This document shows, piece by piece, positions 58,924-64,000 of a DNA stretch of 64,000 nt. The notes under the pieces were generated by a model, which was not told the DNA's origin, made no database searches, and saw nothing but the letters and a program-made list of their open reading frames with translations. The stretch is from Fidelibacterota bacterium (GTDB lineage: Bacteria > Fidelibacterota > Fidelibacteria > Fidelibacterales > DSDE01). Made by a program: the position numbers and the translations under genes. The stretch covers positions 160,001 through 224,000 of the forward strand of contig JBJKQR010000012.1 in assembly GCA_046735395.1 (NCBI GenBank). The letters run 5' to 3'. The stretch's first letter is position 1, and every line of letters starts with the position of its first letter.

Positions 58924-59766
58924 CTATCGATAGTGCGGAAGACAGATTCGGCAGGAATGGTGTTCCTGGATTTTTGCTGCAGCCGCCCCGGCTAGTTCTT
59001 CACTTTCATACACTCCGTACACAGTCGAGCCTGAACCCGACAGACCAGAACCGACAGCGCCATGTGCCGTCAGGAGATCCCTGATCTCTCTGATCTGTGG
59101 ATATGTAGGGACTAAAACATCCTCAAATGCGTTTTCAAAAAGCTCCCAGCGTATTGGCCGGGTTAAAAAGCCGCGTAAATTACTGGTATTTTTTGATTCA
59201 GTCAAGGCGAAGTTCAATTTTTTATAGGCCTCCGCCGTGCTGATGAATATAGGAGGGAAGACGAGCAGAAAGGTGACATCGAGACGGGTATCTACAGGCG
59301 TGAGAATGTCTCCAATGCCCTCCACAAACTGCAGTCCGCCTCTCAAAAAGAACGGAACATCCGCACCGGTTTTTGCTGCGACATGCTTCAGGCCGTCTTC
59401 ATCTATATCGCAGTGCGGCCTGAAGTGTCTGATGACGGCAGCTGCATCGGAGGAGCCGCCGCCCAGCCCGGCGCCCGATGGAATGGATTTGCGAAGGTGG
59501 ATGTGAGCACCCAGATCAGCAGGAAGGTGGGGCTTCATCAGCGTCAATGCCTTCAGAATCGTATTCTGCTCATCCGTCGGCATATCATCCCGACTGCAGC
59601 TCAGTGTGAAAAGCCCGCTGCGGCTTTCCTCGATTTCCAGCTCATCATACAGATCTATTTCCTGAAAAAAGCTTTCCAGGGTATGGTAACCATCGGAGGC
59701 GCGCCGTCCTGTGATGGCCAGTCCGATATTGAGTTTTGCAAAAGCTTTCAGGACAATGGATGTCAT
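58924..59766 (-). CDS. ispE: 4-diphosphocytidyl-2-C-methyl-D-erythritol kinase
   Basis: AKLNIGL, DGYH, IPSGAGLGGGSSDAA, GADVPFF, SGSGS. Confidence 0.96.
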   Translation of the reverse strand: MTSIVLKAFAKLNIGLAITGRRASDGYHTLESFFQEIDLYDELEIEESRSGLFTLSCSRDDMPTDEQNTILKALTLMKPHLPADLGAHIHLRKSIPSGAGLGGGSSDAAAVIRHFRPHCDIDEDGLKHVAAKTGADVPFFLRGGLQFVEGIGDILTPVDTRLDVTFLLVFPPIFISTAEAYKKLNFALTESKNTSNLRGFLTRPIRWELFENAFEDVLVPTYPQIREIRDLLTAHGAVGSGLSGSGSTVYGVYESEELAGAAAAKIQEHHSCRICLPHYR

Positions 59767-61202
59767 TCGCGAGAATCCAGCCGGAGACGCAGCAGCCGGG
59801 CGCATTTCTCCTTCCCGAAATACTGGACCAGATAGCCAAGTTCGGGACCATGCATTTCTCCGGTCAGGGCGAGGCGGATGGGCATCCAGAGCAGTTTCCC
59901 CTTGATGCCTTCCTGTTTTCGCTTCTTCTGAATGCGTTTCATGATCTGTCGGAATTCTTCGCTGTCCAGCTCGCCTGTCTGTTCCAATTCCTCCAGAAAA
60001 TCAGTAAAAAGCAGGGGAATTCGTTCATCTTTCAGTAATTCCAGCGCTTCCGGATCAGTTGGAGCAGAGGGCTCCCTCAGAAATATCTGAAGCTTGTCTC
60101 CAAGCTCTGAAAAAGTGTTCAGATTTGTCTTCAGGGCAAGAAACGCGATGTCCGCCCGAGCCTCATCAAGTGCGGCCATGTCGACACTTGAACGGCAAAT
60201 TCTCAGGAACTCCCTGTCATCCAGAGCCTGAATATAGCGGCTGTTCATCCAGTCCAGTTTGACGCGGTCAAAGACAGCGCCCGATTTATTGACCCGGCTC
60301 AGGTCGAAACGGTCAACCAGTTCCTCGAGGGAGAATATCTCTTCATCGGTACCGGGATTCCAGCCCAGCAGGGCTAGAAAATTATTGAGCGCCTGGGGCA
60401 GGTAGCCTTTAGCAAGGTAATCTTCCACGGCCACGTCGCCCTGCCGTTTGCTGAGCTTGCTTCGGTCGGCGTTGAGCAGGAGAGGCAGATGGGCGAATTC
60501 GGGACGGTTCCATCCGAACAGGTCGTAGAGCAGCAGATGTTTGGGAAGGGAGGGAAGCCATTCCTCACCCCGGATCACGTGCGTTATCTTCATGGCGTGA
60601 TCGTCCACCACATTGGCAAAATGATAGGTGGGAAAACCGTCTGATTTCATAAGGATCTGATCGTCAATGGTTGACCAGGCCATGGAAATGTGTCCGCGAA
60701 TGATGTCCTCAAATTCGCAGTTTCCTTCGCGGGGTACCCTGAGCCGAACGGTGTAGGGTTCACTGGCGGCCCGGCGATCCGATTCTTCGGCGCTGAGGCT
60801 GCGGCATGCTCCGTCATATCCGGGGGCCAGTCCGGCGGAAAGCTGGCTTTCTCTCAGAGATTCCAACCGTTCGGAGCTGCAGAAACAGCGGTAGGCATGG
60901 CCCGATGACATAAGTTTATCCAGCTCAGCGCGGTAGATTTCCAGACGCCGGCTCTGATAATAGGGACCGAATTCATCTTCCTTTCCGGGGCCTGCATCAT
61001 AGGTGAGGCCCATGGCTTCCAGCGAGGCGATGAGATTTTCGACAGCGCCTTCCACATAGCGCCCCTGGTCCGTATCTTCAATACGGAGAATGAACTTTCC
61101 TCCGTGCTGCCGGGCGAACAGATAGTTATAGAGAGCCGTTCGCTGGCCTCCCACATGAAGGTATCCGGTGGGGCTCGGGGCGAAACGTACAGTAACAGTC
61201 AT
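59763..61202 (-). CDS. gltX: Glutamate-tRNA ligase
   Basis: RFAPSPTG.LHVG, RIEDTD, KLSKR. Confidence 0.97.
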   Translation of the reverse strand: MTVTVRFAPSPTGYLHVGGQRTALYNYLFARQHGGKFILRIEDTDQGRYVEGAVENLIASLEAMGLTYDAGPGKEDEFGPYYQSRRLEIYRAELDKLMSSGHAYRCFCSSERLESLRESQLSAGLAPGYDGACRSLSAEESDRRAASEPYTVRLRVPREGNCEFEDIIRGHISMAWSTIDDQILMKSDGFPTYHFANVVDDHAMKITHVIRGEEWLPSLPKHLLLYDLFGWNRPEFAHLPLLLNADRSKLSKRQGDVAVEDYLAKGYLPQALNNFLALLGWNPGTDEEIFSLEELVDRFDLSRVNKSGAVFDRVKLDWMNSRYIQALDDREFLRICRSSVDMAALDEARADIAFLALKTNLNTFSELGDKLQIFLREPSAPTDPEALELLKDERIPLLFTDFLEELEQTGELDSEEFRQIMKRIQKKRKQEGIKGKLLWMPIRLALTGEMHGPELGYLVQYFGKEKCARLLRLRLDSRE

Positions 61203-61829
61203 TTATCTTCCTCTTTTTATATCCTTGATGTTCAATGCTCTGCGGGTCACCCAGACCAGAACAAAAAATCCGAGAAGGGCCAGAACACTGCGGTAATTAT
61301 GCCGCAGGATGAGTTCGATCTTGTCCCAGTTATTGCCGAGATAGAGGCCCAGGCCGATGAGCGTTCCGTTCCAGGCGATGGTGGAAATGGTGACGAGAAT
61401 CCAGGTGAACAGGGGACGGACATTGGAAATGCCGGTAAACAGGCCGATGACACTGCGCATTCCCGGCATGTAACGGCTGAATACAATCACCCACATGCCG
61501 TATTTACGGAACATCTCACTCACTTTATCGAGAAAGACCACCGGCATCCAGCTGTAATTCTTTTCATAGAAAAATTGCCGGCCCCAGTGACGTCCGATGG
61601 CATAAATGAGCATCATACCGAGTGTGCTGATGGTGGTGGAAATGATAAAGAGCCACAGAACCGGTTCATTTTTCACAATGAACACATAGGTGACATAAAC
61701 AAGAAAGGTATCTCCGGGAACCGGTGGAAACAGGTTCTCCAGGAATGAAATAATCACGATAAGACCCAGATAAAACATGGGATCCAGATTCAGGGAAAAC
61801 TGATAAAGGCCGGAAAAAAAATCAACCAT
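61203..61829 (-). CDS. DedA family membrane protein
   Basis: ENLFPPVPGD, Y.IGR..G, SRYMPG.R. Confidence 0.9.
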   Translation of the reverse strand: MVDFFSGLYQFSLNLDPMFYLGLIVIISFLENLFPPVPGDTFLVYVTYVFIVKNEPVLWLFIISTTISTLGMMLIYAIGRHWGRQFFYEKNYSWMPVVFLDKVSEMFRKYGMWVIVFSRYMPGMRSVIGLFTGISNVRPLFTWILVTISTIAWNGTLIGLGLYLGNNWDKIELILRHNYRSVLALLGFFVLVWVTRRALNIKDIKRGR

Positions 61830-62304
61830 GACTGATCAGAACGACCGCGTGGCAGGCGGCGCCTTCCCCGCTGCCCGTAAATCCCAGTCCCTCCTCTGTG
61901 GTCGCCTTGACCGAGATTTGGTCGGAATTCACATCCAGGGCTGCAGCAATCGTCGAGCGCATCCTGTCGGTGTAGGGAGCGATTTTTGGTTTTTGCAGTA
62001 AAAGTGTGATATCGGCATTTTCGAGCTGATAGCCCTTGTCAGAAACCAATTGATAACAGTGGCGAAGCAGATCCCGGCTGTCCGCATCCTTCCACCGGTC
62101 ATCCTGATCGGAAAAGTGCTGCCCGATATCGCCCAGCGCCGCAGCACCCAGCAGGGCATCACAGAGAGCATGCAGAACAACGTCCGCGTCACTGTGGCCT
62201 GCCAGACCCCGGTCGGAGGGGATCTGTACGCCGCCCAGCACCAGGCGTCTGTCTTCGGCGAAACGATGTACATCATAACCGTGCCCGATCCGGTATTTCA
62301 TCAT
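61822..62304 (-). CDS. ispF: 2-C-methyl-D-erythritol 2,4-cyclodiphosphate synthase
   Basis: RIGHGYDVH, GHSDADV, VKATT.E.LGF. Confidence 0.97.
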   Translation of the reverse strand: MMKYRIGHGYDVHRFAEDRRLVLGGVQIPSDRGLAGHSDADVVLHALCDALLGAAALGDIGQHFSDQDDRWKDADSRDLLRHCYQLVSDKGYQLENADITLLLQKPKIAPYTDRMRSTIAAALDVNSDQISVKATTEEGLGFTGSGEGAACHAVVLISHG

Positions 62305-62999
62305 ATGATACCGTCCTCCGCTGCCATGAGCTGTTCAGCCAGGATATAGTCGCCGGGGTAAGTCAGTTTTATATTGGAATGACTGTCCGGAATGATTTGA
62401 ATATGATACCCAGCGTGTTCCATGATCATGGCATCATCCGTCACCGTCAAGCCATCCCGGATCATGGCTTCGCTGGCCTTCCGGTACTGGCTGCGCCGAA
62501 AGATCTGGGGAGTGTGAATCTGGTATACTTCTTCCCGTGGCAGGCTTTCCCGTACCGTACCGCCGATGACGCGCTTCATGGTGTGCACCGCCGGTACGGC
62601 AGCCACAACGCCATCGCAGTCATCCGGCATGTTCAGACCGTCACGCAGCAGATCCGGGCTGAAAAAGGGCCTCACCGCATCATGAATGCAGACGGCGTCA
62701 CTGTCCAGGGTCAGGGCGTTCAGCGCGTTCCAGACCGAATCCTGTCGTTCCGCGCCGCCCGCCACCGCTTTGACAGGTTTTTGATCGCTGTAGCGGCTGC
62801 AGAGCTCACGGATAGGCTCAAGCAGGCTTTCGGGAGCGGCTATCACGATTTCGGAGACTTCAGCAATATTGACAAATTTTCGGATGCATATTTCCAGTAC
62901 CGGCATGCCCCGAAGTTCGAGAAGCTGCTTGGGAACACCGCTTTGCATGCGCTTCCCGCTGCCTCCGGCCGCCAGTATCACCGATACGGATTTCATCAA
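62301..62999 (-). CDS. ispD: 2-C-methyl-D-erythritol 4-phosphate cytidylyltransferase
   Basis: AAGGSGKRM...PKQ, GG.ERQDSV, HDAVRP, TDD, NIKLT. Confidence 0.96.
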   Translation of the reverse strand: MMKSVSVILAAGGSGKRMQSGVPKQLLELRGMPVLEICIRKFVNIAEVSEIVIAAPESLLEPIRELCSRYSDQKPVKAVAGGAERQDSVWNALNALTLDSDAVCIHDAVRPFFSPDLLRDGLNMPDDCDGVVAAVPAVHTMKRVIGGTVRESLPREEVYQIHTPQIFRRSQYRKASEAMIRDGLTVTDDAMIMEHAGYHIQIIPDSHSNIKLTYPGDYILAEQLMAAEDGII

Positions 63000-64000
63000 A
63001 TGATCATCATGGCATCGCCATAGGAGAAGAAGCGATATTTCTCGTCAATGGCGTTTTTATAGGCACGCATCACGTATTCCTTGTCCGCAAAGGCGGAAAC
63101 AAGCATGATGAGTGTGGATTTTTCCTGATGAAAATTGGTGATGAGAGCATCCACAACTTTGAACTGATACGGGGGGAAGATGAATTTATCCGTCCAGGTA
63201 TTCAGAGAATTGACTTCATGACCGGTAACGGTCGAGGATTCCAGGGCGCGGACGCTGGACGTGCCCACGGCGATGATCCGTCCGCCCTTCGCCTTGGTTT
63301 TATTGATGATATTTGCTGTTTCTTCGGTGATCTGGAAATATTCCGAGTCCATGGTATGCCGGCTCAGGTCCTCCACGAGAACAGGCCGAAAAGTTCCCAG
63401 TCCGATATGCAGCGTAATATTGACGATGGTAACTCCCTTGGCCCGGATGCTGTCCAGAATTTCGTCGGTGAAATGAAGTCCGGCCGTGGGAGCTGCGACA
63501 GCGCCGAGTTGTTTCGCAAATACGGTCTGGTAGCGTTCCCGGTCAATGTCCTCGCTTTCCCGTTTGATATAGGGCGGGAGGGGGGATTTGCCGTTTTTCA
63601 TGACATAGTCCATGAATTCGTCCTTGCTGCAGCTGTGACGTATCACCCTGCCGCCGGAAACTGTATTGTCTATGACATCACAGAGAATGTCTTCACCCAG
63701 ATAGAGTTTGTTTCCGATCCGGACCTTGCGTGCCGGTTTGACCAGAACTTCCCAGATATTGCTTTCCAACTCTCTCAGGAGAAAAACTTCCACATCGGCA
63801 TCCGTCTTGTCTTTTTTTGCAAAGAGTCGGGCCGGGAAAACCTTGGTATTATTCAGTACCAGCACATCTCCCTTGCGGAAATACTGCGAAATATCACTGA
63901 ACTGGTGATGCTCAATGGTCTGTGCTTCGCGATTGAGAAGCATCAGGCGTGAGTCTCCGCGTTTTTCCGTTGGATAACTGGCTATCAGTTCTTCGGGCAG
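62996..64000 (-). CDS. queA: tRNA preQ1 S-adenosylmethionine ribosyltransferase-isomerase (start beyond window end)
   Basis: PLPPYI, YQTVFA, AAPTAGLHF, TNFH, YRFFSYGDAM. Confidence 0.96.
   Translation of the reverse strand: MPEELIASYPTEKRGDSRLMLLNREAQTIEHHQFSDISQYFRKGDVLVLNNTKVFPARLFAKKDKTDADVEVFLLRELESNIWEVLVKPARKVRIGNKLYLGEDILCDVIDNTVSGGRVIRHSCSKDEFMDYVMKNGKSPLPPYIKRESEDIDRERYQTVFAKQLGAVAAPTAGLHFTDEILDSIRAKGVTIVNITLHIGLGTFRPVLVEDLSRHTMDSEYFQITEETANIINKTKAKGGRIIAVGTSSVRALESSTVTGHEVNSLNTWTDKFIFPPYQFKVVDALITNFHQEKSTLIMLVSAFADKEYVMRAYKNAIDEKYRFFSYGDAMMII

Overview
Bacterial chromosomal window, moderately GC-rich, using the standard genetic code (TGA ends many ordinary genes). The gene complement (bat operon, DUF5723-like barrel, propeller/AraC sensor, yicC-gmk-rpoZ-coaBC) suggests an FCB-group-like diderm organism; this is inference only. 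From about 27 kb to the end it is housekeeping: yicC, gmk, rpoZ, coaBC, UDG, dnaB, rel/spoT, IHF/HU, ruvX, lnt, truA, degP-like, purB, psd, pssA, purS, purQ, tatA, gatA and batABCDE on +; queA, ispD, ispF, dedA, gltX, ispE, tRNA-Gln, prs, rplY, pth, hppA, rpsF, ssb, rpsR and rplI on -. The 5.7-23.7 kb stretch is accessory. It holds (i) an AT-rich Hachiman-like defence pair whose helicase ends in a HIRAN-like domain, (ii) a four-gene porin/multiheme cytochrome c operon, and (iii) six type IV pilin-like genes behind a candidate sigma-54 promoter. The best finding is in (ii): the first cytochrome is split in the ORF track by one in-frame TGA (11757-11759) followed by a bacterial SECIS-like hairpin, so it is most likely a single 478-aa selenocysteine-containing multiheme lipoprotein. 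A modular repeat family occurs in inverted orientation at both ends of the accessory stretch. All family assignments come from motif recognition by eye; no searches were run.
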